Assembly: GCF_004765795.1 (NCBI RefSeq)
Contig: NZ_SBIV01000001.1
Span: 310,001-374,000 of the forward strand
DNA: 64,000 nucleotides
Source: Halorussus marinus
GTDB lineage: Archaea > Halobacteriota > Halobacteria > Halobacteriales > Haladaptataceae
Reading direction: 5' to 3'
The stretch's first letter is position 1. Each line of letters begins with the position of its first letter. The notes beneath the pieces are model-generated. The model was given only the letters and a program-made list of their open reading frames with translations, had not been told where the DNA came from and searched no databases. This document shows, in pieces, positions 10,068-19,270 of the stretch. A program made the position numbers and the translations under genes.

Positions 10068-10439
10068 TCACTTAACTGTTTCTCGGGGCGGAACCCCGGT
10101 CAGCAGTTGGGCGGCGTCGACGAGATCGCGGGTGTCGACGACGAGGTCCGCGATCTCTCTGGCGGTGAACTCGGCGTCGATTCGCCGGCCGTGACACCGG
10201 GCGTACAGCTCCAGCCAGTCGTTGAGCGCCCGCTCCAACAGCGCCATCTCCTCGCGGTCGAGACCGACGAGGTCGCCGGTCCGGGCGTCGACGTAGCAGG
10301 CGACGACGTCGCCGACGCCGTCTCGGAGATAGCCGAGCGCCCGCTCCTCGTCGGGCGGGTCGGCCGGCGGGTCGAACGCCGCCCTGTCGGCCGCCGCCCG
10401 GTCTGCGAGCGCGCCGATCCGGTCGCGGAACTGGCTCAT
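10068..10439 (-). CDS. Hypothetical protein, last gene of the fix/ETF operon
   Basis: MSQFRDRIG...; ATGA overlap with the upstream fixCX stop. Confidence 0.75.
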   Translation of the reverse strand: MSQFRDRIGALADRAAADRAAFDPPADPPDEERALGYLRDGVGDVVACYVDARTGDLVGLDREEMALLERALNDWLELYARCHGRRIDAEFTAREIADLVVDTRDLVDAAQLLTGVPPRETVK

Positions 10440-12103
10440 CCCTGCCTGAACTCGACGCCCTTCCCGCCGCGGGGGTGCTCCCACTCGGTGTCGGCGACCA
10501 CCGCGCAGGTGCCACACTCGACGCAGGGCTGGGTGTCGAGGCTCACGACCGTCTCCTCGTGGCCGTTGGTCTTTCGGGTCTCCTCGCGGTAGCACCCGCC
10601 CCCGAAGTCCCGGGCGCTGACCGGACACGCCGCGACCGCCGCGCCGCTGGCGGCCGCGGAGGTGTCCCGGAGCTCGATGTGGGGGTCGCCCACGTCGGTG
10701 TCGTAGGTCAGGTCGCCGATGCGGTCGAGCAGGCTCTTTGGCTCGTAGTCGGGATCGGCGTCGACGCGCTCGCCGAGCTCTTCGGCGATGACGGTCGGCA
10801 TCGTGACGTACGGCGTCCGGGTGTCGGGCACGATCTGTGAGAGGATCGGCGACGAGTAGAGGCCCTCCAGTCGATCGCCGAGCAGTCGGATCGCCCGGCG
10901 GCCGACACCCGAGGTCAGCACCGCATCCGCGAGGTCGGTCACCGACTCGCGCTCGCCGAGCGCGCTGGTCAGGCGATACCCCTGCGGGCGGAGCTTCGCC
11001 ATCACGCCCTCCTCGCGGAGTTTGCGCTCGTAGAGGTCGCCGGCGCTCGCGGGATCGTTGCGCAGTTTCGCCTCGGCGAACGCCTCGCCGGCGAGCGCGC
11101 CCGCGGTCACGGCGTGGTTCATCCCCTTGATTATCGGCCCCTGTGCCTGCATCTGGCCGGCGGCGTCGCCGACCGCGAGCAGGCGCCCGCGGTGGGGCGC
11201 GGGGTGGGCGACCTTCTTCGAATCGGGAACGAGCTTCGCGCTGTACTCGACCTCGTCGTAGTGGCCGTCGAGCCACTCTGCGAGCAGGGGATGGGTGAGC
11301 AGTTCGTCGAGCAGTTCGTGGGGTTCGGCGTCCTCGGCGACGAGGCTATCTAAGTGAAAGACGGTGCCGATCGACAGCGAGTCGCGATTTGTGTAGACGA
11401 ACCCGCCGCCCCGGACGCCCTCGAACAGGTCCCCCGAGAACAGGTGGGCCTCGCCCTCGTCGTCGCCGATCCCGAACCGCTCGGCGATGACGTCCTCGGG
11501 GACGTCGACCACGGCCTTGACCCCCTGGAACCACTCTTCTGGCTCCTCCCAGTCCATCAGCCCGGCGTCGCGGGCGAGCTCGGAGTTGACGCCGTCGGCC
11601 GCGACCACGAGGTCGGCCCTGATGGGGTCGAGTTCCTCGCAGGTCACGCCGGTGATCTCGCCGCCCTCCCGGAGGAGACCCTCGACCCGAACGTCGGTCA
11701 GCAGGCCGCCGCCAGTCTCGCGGGTCAGCTCGTGGACCCGCTCGGCGAGCCACGAGTCCATCGTCCGGCGCAAGACCGCCTCGGACCACTCGGTGTCGTG
11801 GTCGTGGAGGTCGGTGATGTCGAATGTCTTGACCCGGTCGCCCGCCACGTTGTGGAGGTAGTAGTCGGTGACCGGTCGCTCGGCCGCCGCCTCCCGGAAC
11901 CCGGGGAACAGGTCCGAGAGCGTGTACGGCGCCGACTCCTCGGCGTAGACGAGCCCGCCGCTCACGTTCTTCGACCCGGCCTCGACGCCGCGTTCGAGGA
12001 CCAGCGTTTCCACGTCGTTGCGCGCCAGCGTCGCCGCCGCCGCGGCCCCGCCGGGACCCGCCCCGACGACGACCGCCTCGTAGTGTTCGTAGTCGTCAGT
12101 CAT
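10436..12103 (-). CDS. fixC: FixC-like FAD oxidoreductase fused to a FixX-like ferredoxin
   Basis: GAGPGG, GSKNVSGG, ADGVNS, VGDAAG; C-terminal CPV...CY...CVECGTC...WEHPRGGKGV. Confidence 0.88.
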   Translation of the reverse strand: MTDDYEHYEAVVVGAGPGGAAAAATLARNDVETLVLERGVEAGSKNVSGGLVYAEESAPYTLSDLFPGFREAAAERPVTDYYLHNVAGDRVKTFDITDLHDHDTEWSEAVLRRTMDSWLAERVHELTRETGGGLLTDVRVEGLLREGGEITGVTCEELDPIRADLVVAADGVNSELARDAGLMDWEEPEEWFQGVKAVVDVPEDVIAERFGIGDDEGEAHLFSGDLFEGVRGGGFVYTNRDSLSIGTVFHLDSLVAEDAEPHELLDELLTHPLLAEWLDGHYDEVEYSAKLVPDSKKVAHPAPHRGRLLAVGDAAGQMQAQGPIIKGMNHAVTAGALAGEAFAEAKLRNDPASAGDLYERKLREEGVMAKLRPQGYRLTSALGERESVTDLADAVLTSGVGRRAIRLLGDRLEGLYSSPILSQIVPDTRTPYVTMPTVIAEELGERVDADPDYEPKSLLDRIGDLTYDTDVGDPHIELRDTSAAASGAAVAACPVSARDFGGGCYREETRKTNGHEETVVSLDTQPCVECGTCAVVADTEWEHPRGGKGVEFRQG

Positions 12104-13643
12104 CGTCTGCCTCCGCCTGAATCGTCAGTTCGCCCGCCTCGATCGACTCGGTGAGGCGGGGGAGCACCTCGAAGAGGTCGCCCTCGATGAAGTAGTCGCT
12201 GAAGTCCCGGATCCGGGCGTCGGGGTCGGTGTTGATCGCGACGATAGTGTCCGAGTCGTCCATCCCGACCTTGTGCTGGACCGCCCCGGAGATGCCGGCC
12301 GCGACGTACAGGTCGGGTTCGACCGCCTGCCCGGTCTCGCCGATCTGGCGCTCCTCGGCCACGTACTCCTCGACGTGCCCGTCGACGCCGTACGAGGCGG
12401 TCACGACGCCCCGCGAGAGGCCGAGGGCGGCGTCGTCGAACGCGTCGACCAGATCGAGGCCGAGTTCGATCCCCTCGGTGGGGTCGTCGCCGATCCCCCG
12501 CCCGAGCGCGACCACCACGTCGTGGCCGGTGAGGTCGACGCCGGAGTCGAGGCGATCGAACTCCGTCACCTCGACCCGGAACCACTCCTCGCGGAGCCCG
12601 ACCGCGTGCTCGATCACCTCACCCTCGCGGTCGTCGGGGTCGGGCACGTCGAAGCTCCCCGGGATCACCGAACACCCCTGCGGGTGGAACTCCCGGCCGG
12701 GGTTGTCGAGACAGAGGATGGTCGAGTACTCGAACCCGGAGAAATCGGGGCGTTTCATGTGGAGCACGCGCTCGAACTCCACCTTCTCGCCGGGCTCGCC
12801 GGTCTTGACCGGGTTCGAAATCAGCTCCTCTTCGATGAACAGCCCCGAGCAGTCGCTCGCCAGCCCGGAGTCGAGTTCGGCCTGGACCTGCGCCGAGAGG
12901 TCCCGGCCGTTGTTGGTCGCCGGAAACAGGAAGTACCGGGGCTTGTCGTACTCGCGCCAGTCGGCGCCGGGCGCAGTTCCGGGGTCGCCGGTCGCCCAGT
13001 TCGGGGGCTCGGCGCCGCCGCGGGCCATGTCGGCGACGATCTCGGCGTAGGGCTTGTGCCGGAAGCGTTCGAGCCGGTCGTCCTCGCGGTAGATCGCCAC
13101 GTCCGCGCCGTACGCGATCACGTCGTCGGTGAGGTCGGTGACCGACCCGTCGCCGACCAGCACGCCGACGACTCGCTCGTCGGCGTCGTAGTCGGCGTTG
13201 TACGCGTCCATCAGCTCGCGGGCCTTCCCGAGCATCTCCTTGGAGACGTCCCGGAGCTCGCCGCCCTGCGTCTCGCAGTACACCCACATGTCGCGGTACT
13301 GTCCGCCCTTCAGCGCCCGGACGTGCTTTTTGTCCTTGGTCTGGTTCTCGGTGGCGTAGTCGCGTTCGTCGGGCGCGTCCTCGTCCCGGTCCGGGTCGTC
13401 GGTCGCCTCGGGGGCGCCCTCCTCGTCCTCTCTGGAGGCGGTGTCGGCGGGCTCGTCGTCGGCCTCGGCCGCCAGCTCGTCGATCCGCTTTTCGATGGCC
13501 TCGCGGGCGGTCTTGCGGTCTTTGCCCTCCCGCTCGGCCGCCAGCGCGGCGTCGAGTTCCGCGGGGCTCTCGACGTCGGTCAGCGCCTCTCGGAGCTCGT
13601 CGACCGTGTGGTCGCCGGGGTCGAGCGAGGCGTCGTCGGTCAC
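12096..13643 (-). CDS. etfA: Electron transfer flavoprotein subunit alpha (FixB) with acidic N-terminal extension
   Basis: RQIGETG, LYVAAGISGAVQHKVGM, VAINTDPDA. Confidence 0.92.
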   Translation of the reverse strand: MTDDASLDPGDHTVDELREALTDVESPAELDAALAAEREGKDRKTAREAIEKRIDELAAEADDEPADTASREDEEGAPEATDDPDRDEDAPDERDYATENQTKDKKHVRALKGGQYRDMWVYCETQGGELRDVSKEMLGKARELMDAYNADYDADERVVGVLVGDGSVTDLTDDVIAYGADVAIYREDDRLERFRHKPYAEIVADMARGGAEPPNWATGDPGTAPGADWREYDKPRYFLFPATNNGRDLSAQVQAELDSGLASDCSGLFIEEELISNPVKTGEPGEKVEFERVLHMKRPDFSGFEYSTILCLDNPGREFHPQGCSVIPGSFDVPDPDDREGEVIEHAVGLREEWFRVEVTEFDRLDSGVDLTGHDVVVALGRGIGDDPTEGIELGLDLVDAFDDAALGLSRGVVTASYGVDGHVEEYVAEERQIGETGQAVEPDLYVAAGISGAVQHKVGMDDSDTIVAINTDPDARIRDFSDYFIEGDLFEVLPRLTESIEAGELTIQAEADDD

Positions 13644-13645
13644 GG

Positions 13646-14539
13646 TCAGTCACCTCCCGCGAGCGGTCGCATCGTCTCGAGCACCGCGTGTAGTTCCTCG
13701 GGGTCGTCGGGGTCGACCGCCGTCGCCTCGCGCTCGGAGGGCGCCTTCGGGATCGGATCGACGCCCGAGACGATGGTGGGCGAGCCGTCGAGCCCGATGA
13801 AATCGGGGTCGAGGTCGAGCTCCTCGGCGCTCCACGTCGTGAGGTGGTCCTCGTAGTTCTCGACGCGCTCTTCGGTCTCGGCTCTGAGCTCCTTGTGCCT
13901 GAGCCGGTGTTCGGCCCGCCGGTAGGACGCCTCGAACTCGGGATCGGTCACAACGAACGCGGGGAGCGAAGTCTCGACCGTCTCGATCTCGTCGGGGTCG
14001 CCCTCGACCAGCCGCTTGGCTCGGAGTCGGCCCTCGTCCTCCTCGACGTCGAGGGCGACGACGTGGGTCACGATCGAGCGGTCGAGACACCACGCCGTCT
14101 GCGGCCCGGTCTGGCCCGTCTCGCCGTCGGCGGTCTTGAACCCCGCGAACACCAGATCGGGCTCCTCCGACTCCTCCGCGGGGCTCGACGAGCCCTGCTC
14201 GTCGGCGGCGCCGATCTTCTCGATGCCGGCCGAGAGCGTGATCGCGGTCGACCACGTATCCGCGGCCGCCATCTCGCGGTCCGACAGCAGGTAGAGGTCG
14301 TCGGCGTACACGCTCATCGCTTCTTCGAGGACGCTCTCGTAGCCCGGCGGCCCCATGCTCATCACGCTGACTCGGCCGCCGCGCTTGACCTTCGTCTGGA
14401 GCGCGGCCTCCAGCGCGAACTCGTCGTTCGGGTTCATCACCGTGGGGGTCGCGCCGCGTTCGAGGTGGCCGTCCTCGTCGAACGACACCTGTCCCTCCCG
14501 GAAGTCGGGGACGCCCTTCGTCAACACTACGGAGTGCAT
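13646..14539 (-). CDS. etfB: Electron transfer flavoprotein subunit beta (FixA)
   Basis: KGVPD, MNPNDEFALE, SMGPP, AADTWST, DGETGQTGP; GGAGGTG Shine-Dalgarno. Confidence 0.92.
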   Translation of the reverse strand: MHSVVLTKGVPDFREGQVSFDEDGHLERGATPTVMNPNDEFALEAALQTKVKRGGRVSVMSMGPPGYESVLEEAMSVYADDLYLLSDREMAAADTWSTAITLSAGIEKIGAADEQGSSSPAEESEEPDLVFAGFKTADGETGQTGPQTAWCLDRSIVTHVVALDVEEDEGRLRAKRLVEGDPDEIETVETSLPAFVVTDPEFEASYRRAEHRLRHKELRAETEERVENYEDHLTTWSAEELDLDPDFIGLDGSPTIVSGVDPIPKAPSEREATAVDPDDPEELHAVLETMRPLAGGD

Positions 14540-14745
14540 CGACACACCTCCGCCTGAGTGAGTCTCTCTCCCATACCGTCGAAGTATTTGATTTCAAAGT
14601 TTATTACATTAACCCCGTCGCGCCGTCGGCGATGCTGTGGGGCTGAGATTCCGATTATCGGTCGGTAGCGCGGCTCGATAGCGACGAACGAACCAGAAGT
14701 GCGACCCGTCGGTCGGCCGGCGCCCGTCGTCGCGGGAACGCGGAT

Positions 14746-15819
14746 TCACTCGTCGTCGGAGTCGGTTTTGTCGGCCTCGCCGTCGATGTCGTCGTTTCCG
14801 ACCTGCTCGGCGTCGGTTTCGTCGGCTTCGCCGTCGGCGTCGCGTTCGGTCTCGGCGGCGTCGTCCTCGACCTCGTCAGCGTCGATGTCGTCTTCGACCC
14901 CGTCGTCGTCGAGACGCTCGCGCTCGGCGCCGTTGCCCCCGGACTCGCGTCCCACGCCGTCGGCCGCGATCCGGGTGGTCGTCCCGGCCTGCACCATCCG
15001 CATCTCGCCGCTCGTGCGCATCGTGCCGTCGACGACCGCGCCCTCGTGGAACCGGAGGTCCTCGCAGGAGACGTCGCCCCGGATCTCACAGCCGTCGGCG
15101 AGTTCGACCGTCCCGCTCCGGGTGGTCACGTCGCCGTGGATCACGGTGTCGGCCCCGACCGACACGTCGCCGCGCGCCCGGAGGCTCCCGAACACCTCGT
15201 TGCGCTCGCCGACGTCGATCGACTCGGCCCGGAAGTTGCCGTGGAGCCGGCAGTCGTCGCCGACGCTCGCCGGGGTCGACACCCGCCACGAGTCGTCGCT
15301 GACGTGGCCGTTCCGGGGGATCACGACCGGCTCGGCGTCGATCTCCTCGTTTTCGAGCAGGTCCGAGACGAGGTCCTCGGCGGCCTCGTCCTCGCCGATC
15401 CGCAACAGCTGTTGGAGGTAGACGAACACGAACACGACGGTCGGCATCGGGTTCCGGATCACGATCCAGCCGTTGGCCTCGAACCCCTCCTCGATGTCGA
15501 CGTCGTCGCCGATGTCGAGGTCGCCGCTGACCATCAGCCGGCCCGCGACGTGGACGCGCTCGCCGAGGTAGGCGTCCCGGCCCACGAGGACGTTGCCGTC
15601 GACGTCCGACCACATGTCGAGCCGGCAGTCGGCCTCCGCCTCGATGTGGCCGCCGAACGTTGCTCGCTCGCCCGCGATGACGTTGTGGCCCCGAACGCCG
15701 AACTCCACGGTGCTCTGGCCGCCGACGACGACGTCGCCGTCGGTCACCAGGTCGTGTTCCTCGACGGTCGTCCCGTCGGGGATCGCGAGTTCGTCGAGCG
15801 GGTTCGAGCGGAGCGACAC
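14746..15819 (-). CDS. Polymer-forming cytoskeletal (bactofilin-like, beta-helix) protein
   Basis: Repeated (V/I)xG(N/D)(V/L) beta-helix units, central hydrophobic segment, acidic tail; GTG start. Confidence 0.75.
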   Translation of the reverse strand: MSLRSNPLDELAIPDGTTVEEHDLVTDGDVVVGGQSTVEFGVRGHNVIAGERATFGGHIEAEADCRLDMWSDVDGNVLVGRDAYLGERVHVAGRLMVSGDLDIGDDVDIEEGFEANGWIVIRNPMPTVVFVFVYLQQLLRIGEDEAAEDLVSDLLENEEIDAEPVVIPRNGHVSDDSWRVSTPASVGDDCRLHGNFRAESIDVGERNEVFGSLRARGDVSVGADTVIHGDVTTRSGTVELADGCEIRGDVSCEDLRFHEGAVVDGTMRTSGEMRMVQAGTTTRIAADGVGRESGGNGAERERLDDDGVEDDIDADEVEDDAAETERDADGEADETDAEQVGNDDIDGEADKTDSDDE

Positions 15820-15919
15820 ACCGACAACTGTCGGTTCACCCCTAATAAAGCTCCGTCAGACATTCGGGTCGCGCCGGCGGTTCTGTGGGTTTTTACCTGC
15901 CGGGGGCAAACGCCGGGGT

Positions 15920-16117
15920 ATGACTACGCTCGCATTCGACGAGAAGGGCGTCGACGTCGTGTACGAGGGCACCGAGTTCCGGCTCTCGAAAGACCTCATC
16001 GAGGGGGCGACCGGCAAGTCCTACTTCGAAGTGACCGACCACGAGGTGCTCCAGATCGTCGAGGCGGACCCGAGCCTCTCGGGACAGGCCCGTCAGATCC
16101 GCGACATCGTCAGGTAG
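15920..16117 (+). CDS. DUF5800-like small protein
   Basis: MTTLAFDEKGVDVVYEGTEFRL...VTDHEVL; TTTTTA TATA box upstream. Confidence 0.8.
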   Translation: MTTLAFDEKGVDVVYEGTEFRLSKDLIEGATGKSYFEVTDHEVLQIVEADPSLSGQARQIRDIVR

Positions 16118-16149
16118 GATTTAAGGCCCGGCGGCGCCTCGCCCCGTAC

Positions 16150-16284
16150 ATGACCGCGCTCGCCGACTTCGACCACCCCTCGTGGAAGACCGCGCTCGGG
16201 ACGCTCGCCGGCTACGGGCTGATCCTGCTCGTGATGACCGCCGTGCTGTTTCTCGTGCCGTACGCGATCTTTCTGAACGTCTGA
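16150..16284 (+). CDS. Small membrane protein (44 aa)
   Basis: MTALADFDHPSW...YGLILLVMTAVLFLVPY; TTTAAG TATA box about 28 nt upstream. Confidence 0.75.
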   Translation: MTALADFDHPSWKTALGTLAGYGLILLVMTAVLFLVPYAIFLNV

Positions 16285-16407
16285 GCTCGGAACGCCGGCC
16301 GATCGGGTCGGGTCGGCTCGAACTGTTCGACCGGTAGACATAAATCTCGTAGCTGACAGCCCCGAACGAATGCTACGACTACACGCGCCGAACCGGGGGG
16401 CCGTCGC

Positions 16408-17397
16408 GTGAGCGCCCTCGACACCGTCCGTCGCGCCAGCGATTTCGCGAACAAGTACTTCGTCGTCTGGGTGCTCGCCGCCTCCGGGGCGGCGCTCGCG
16501 GTCCCGTCCGGCTTTACGTGGATCGGACCGTACATCACGCCGCTACTCGGCGTCATCATGCTGGGAATGGGGCTGACGCTCCGACCCGAGGACTTCCGGC
16601 GACTCGCCGCCCGCCCGCGCGACGTCGCCATCGGGACGCTCACCCAGTGGCTGGTCATGCCCGCGGCGGCCTACGGGCTGACCGTCGCGCTGTCGCTCCC
16701 GACCGAACTCGCCGTCGGCGTGATCCTCGTCGGGGCCGCGCCCGGCGGCACCGCCTCGAACGTGATGACGTTCCTCGGGAAGGGCGACGTGGCGCTCTCG
16801 GTGGCCATCACGACCGTCACGACGCTCGCGGCGCCCGTGGTCATGCCCGCGTGGGTGGTCTTCCTCGCGGGCGAACAGTTGAGCGTCACGTTCGCCGAGA
16901 TGTTCACCAGCATCGTTCAGATCGTCATCGTTCCGGTCGGTGCCGGGTTCGCGCTCCGGTACGTCCTCGACCGCAAGGCTCCGAACGTCGCGGAAGCCGG
17001 ACTGGACGTGTTCCCGGCGGTGAGCGTCGTCGCCATCGTCGCCATCGTCGCGGCCGTCGTGGGCCTGAGCAAGAGCACCATCCTGACCGCCGGGGCGGCG
17101 GCGGTGGTGGCGGTCGTCGCGCACAACGGTATCGGCCTCGGCGCCGGCTACGGCGTGGGTCGGCTCACCGGGATGTCGGAGGACCGCGCCCGGACCTGCG
17201 CGTTCGAGGTGGGCCTCCAGAACAGCGGGCTCGCGGTGGCGCTCGCCACCGCCTTCTTCTCGCCCGCCGCGGCGCTTCCGCCGGCGCTGTTCAGCGTCTG
17301 GCACAACGTGAGCGGCCCGGCGCTCGCCTCGTACTTCGCGCGCAACGAATCGACCGCCGCGCCCGAATCGGTCGGGGCGCGAGCGAGCGACGACTGA
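16408..17397 (+). CDS. Bile acid:sodium symporter family transporter (PanS-like)
   Basis: MLGMGLTL, APGGTASNV, FEVGLQNSGLA, FSVWHN. Confidence 0.9.
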   Translation: MSALDTVRRASDFANKYFVVWVLAASGAALAVPSGFTWIGPYITPLLGVIMLGMGLTLRPEDFRRLAARPRDVAIGTLTQWLVMPAAAYGLTVALSLPTELAVGVILVGAAPGGTASNVMTFLGKGDVALSVAITTVTTLAAPVVMPAWVVFLAGEQLSVTFAEMFTSIVQIVIVPVGAGFALRYVLDRKAPNVAEAGLDVFPAVSVVAIVAIVAAVVGLSKSTILTAGAAAVVAVVAHNGIGLGAGYGVGRLTGMSEDRARTCAFEVGLQNSGLAVALATAFFSPAAALPPALFSVWHNVSGPALASYFARNESTAAPESVGARASDD

Positions 17398-17503
17398 CTG
17401 AGCCTCGGCCTCGCGGCGCGGTCGCTCGGGTTCGACGGCGTCGAGACTGCGAACCGTCGTGAAAAACCGCAGATACGACGAGGAGCCGCCCGCAGAACCG
17501 AGC

Positions 17504-18718
17504 TTACGCGAACGTCTTCGAGATCTCTTCGTCCTCGTCCTCGGCGTCGATCTTAGACTTGGCGCTCTCGAAGTCTTCCATCGTGATCTCGGTGCGGTCG
17601 TCCCGGATGGCGAACATGCCGGCCTCGGTGCAGACCGCCTTGATGTCCGCGCCAGATGCGTCCTCGGCGTCCTTCGCGAGCTTCTCGAAGTCGACGTCGT
17701 CGGCGACGTTCATGTCGCGAGTGTGGATCCGGAAGATCTTCTTGCGGCCCTCGAGGTTCGGCTTGGGAACCTCGATGAGCCGATCGAACCGACCGGGCCG
17801 GAGGATGGCCCGATCGAGCATGTCGAAGCGGTTGGTGGCGGCGATGATCCGGACCTCGCCGCGGTCCTCGAAGCCGTCCATCTCCGAGAGGAGTTGCATC
17901 ATCGTCCGCTGGACCTCCGCGTCGCCCGAGGTCTTCGAGTCGGTCCGCTTGGCGGCGATGGCGTCGATCTCGTCGATGAAGAGGACGGCGGGTTCGTGCT
18001 GGCGGGCGACCTCGAAGAGGTCCCGGACGAGCTTTGCGCCCTCGCCGATGAACTTGTGGACCAGCTCGGAGCCGGCCATCTTGATGAACGTGGCGTCGGT
18101 CTGGTTCGCGACCGCCTTCGCCAGCATCGTCTTGCCCGTGCCCGGCGGGCCGTAGAGCAGGACGCCGCTCGGGGGTTCGATCCCGACTTCGCCGAACATG
18201 TCGGGATTCTTGAGGGGCATCTCGACCGTCTCGCGGACCTCCTGCATCTGCTCTTCGAGCCCGCCGATGTCCTCGTAGGTGACCTCGGGGCTCTCTTCGA
18301 CCTGCATGACGCGGGCCCGCACGTCGGTCTCGTTGTCGAGGGTCTTGACGATAGAGAGGGAGTTGTTGACCGCGACCCGGCTGTCGGGTTCGAGCTCCGC
18401 GCGCATCTCGTCGGTGACCTCGGTGACCGCCTCCTGATTGTTGCCGTGCTGTTTGATGATGACGCCCTCGTCGGTCATCTCTTGGACGGTGGCGACGAAC
18501 AGCGGCGACTGCTTGAGCTTCTTGTTCTCGTGGGTCAGCCGTTCGAGCTTCTGCTGGTACTTGTTGTTCTCCGCGTTCGCGTCGAGGAGCTTGTCCCGCA
18601 TCTCCTCGTTCTGCGACTCGAGGACCTCGAGGCGTTCCTGTAACGCCTCGATCTTGTCCTTCTGTGACGCGCTCTCCTCGTCGTAGGGGAGATCGACGTC
18701 TTCGACGGTGTCGGTCAT
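17504..18718 (-). CDS. panA: Proteasome-activating nucleotidase PanA
   Basis: Coiled coil + OB fold + AAA domain (GPPGTGKT, FIDEID, AILRPGRFDR); in-frame GTG also at 18721. Confidence 0.95.
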   Translation of the reverse strand: MTDTVEDVDLPYDEESASQKDKIEALQERLEVLESQNEEMRDKLLDANAENNKYQQKLERLTHENKKLKQSPLFVATVQEMTDEGVIIKQHGNNQEAVTEVTDEMRAELEPDSRVAVNNSLSIVKTLDNETDVRARVMQVEESPEVTYEDIGGLEEQMQEVRETVEMPLKNPDMFGEVGIEPPSGVLLYGPPGTGKTMLAKAVANQTDATFIKMAGSELVHKFIGEGAKLVRDLFEVARQHEPAVLFIDEIDAIAAKRTDSKTSGDAEVQRTMMQLLSEMDGFEDRGEVRIIAATNRFDMLDRAILRPGRFDRLIEVPKPNLEGRKKIFRIHTRDMNVADDVDFEKLAKDAEDASGADIKAVCTEAGMFAIRDDRTEITMEDFESAKSKIDAEDEDEEISKTFA

Positions 18719-18876
18719 CACGCCGGTCTAGGTGCCTGTCTCATAAGAGGCTTCGGGTGGGTGTGACGCACGTCGGACCCGCCGCAGGCGGCGCGGTCGG
18801 CCGACCGGTAGAATACCCTATAGTAATACGAACGAAGGGGAAATATTATTATACTGTATGCAAAAGGTGGTGGTAC

Positions 18877-19152
18877 ATGAGTACCTCAGAGACCGCGGGA
18901 ACCGAGAAGAGTCAGCTCACCGGGGAGGACGCCTCCGAGTCGATACGCGACCTGCCGCCCAGCGCCAAGCTGGTCGCCAAGGTACTGGAGTACAACGACA
19001 CCCTGACCCAGAGCCAGATCGCCGAGGAGTCGCTCCTTCCCGACCGAACCGTCCGGTACGCGCTGAACCGACTCGACGAGCAGGGACTCGTCGACTCGCG
19101 GTTCTCGTTCTCGGACGCTCGCAAGCGCCTCTACACGCTCGATCTGGAGTAG
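18877..19152 (+). CDS. MarR/wHTH transcriptional regulator
   Basis: LPPSAKLVAKVL...TQSQIAEESLLPDRTVRYAL...DARKRLY. Confidence 0.85.
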   Translation: MSTSETAGTEKSQLTGEDASESIRDLPPSAKLVAKVLEYNDTLTQSQIAEESLLPDRTVRYALNRLDEQGLVDSRFSFSDARKRLYTLDLE

Positions 19153-19270
19153 CGGGCTCTCGGGGTCGCCCTCGTCTTCTCTCGCTGGGCAGGCGGGCCC
19201 GAACCGGGGCTGGGGCCGCGCCCGCCCCGTCGCACAACGCCTTTAGCCCCCCGACGCAAACCCCGAACCG

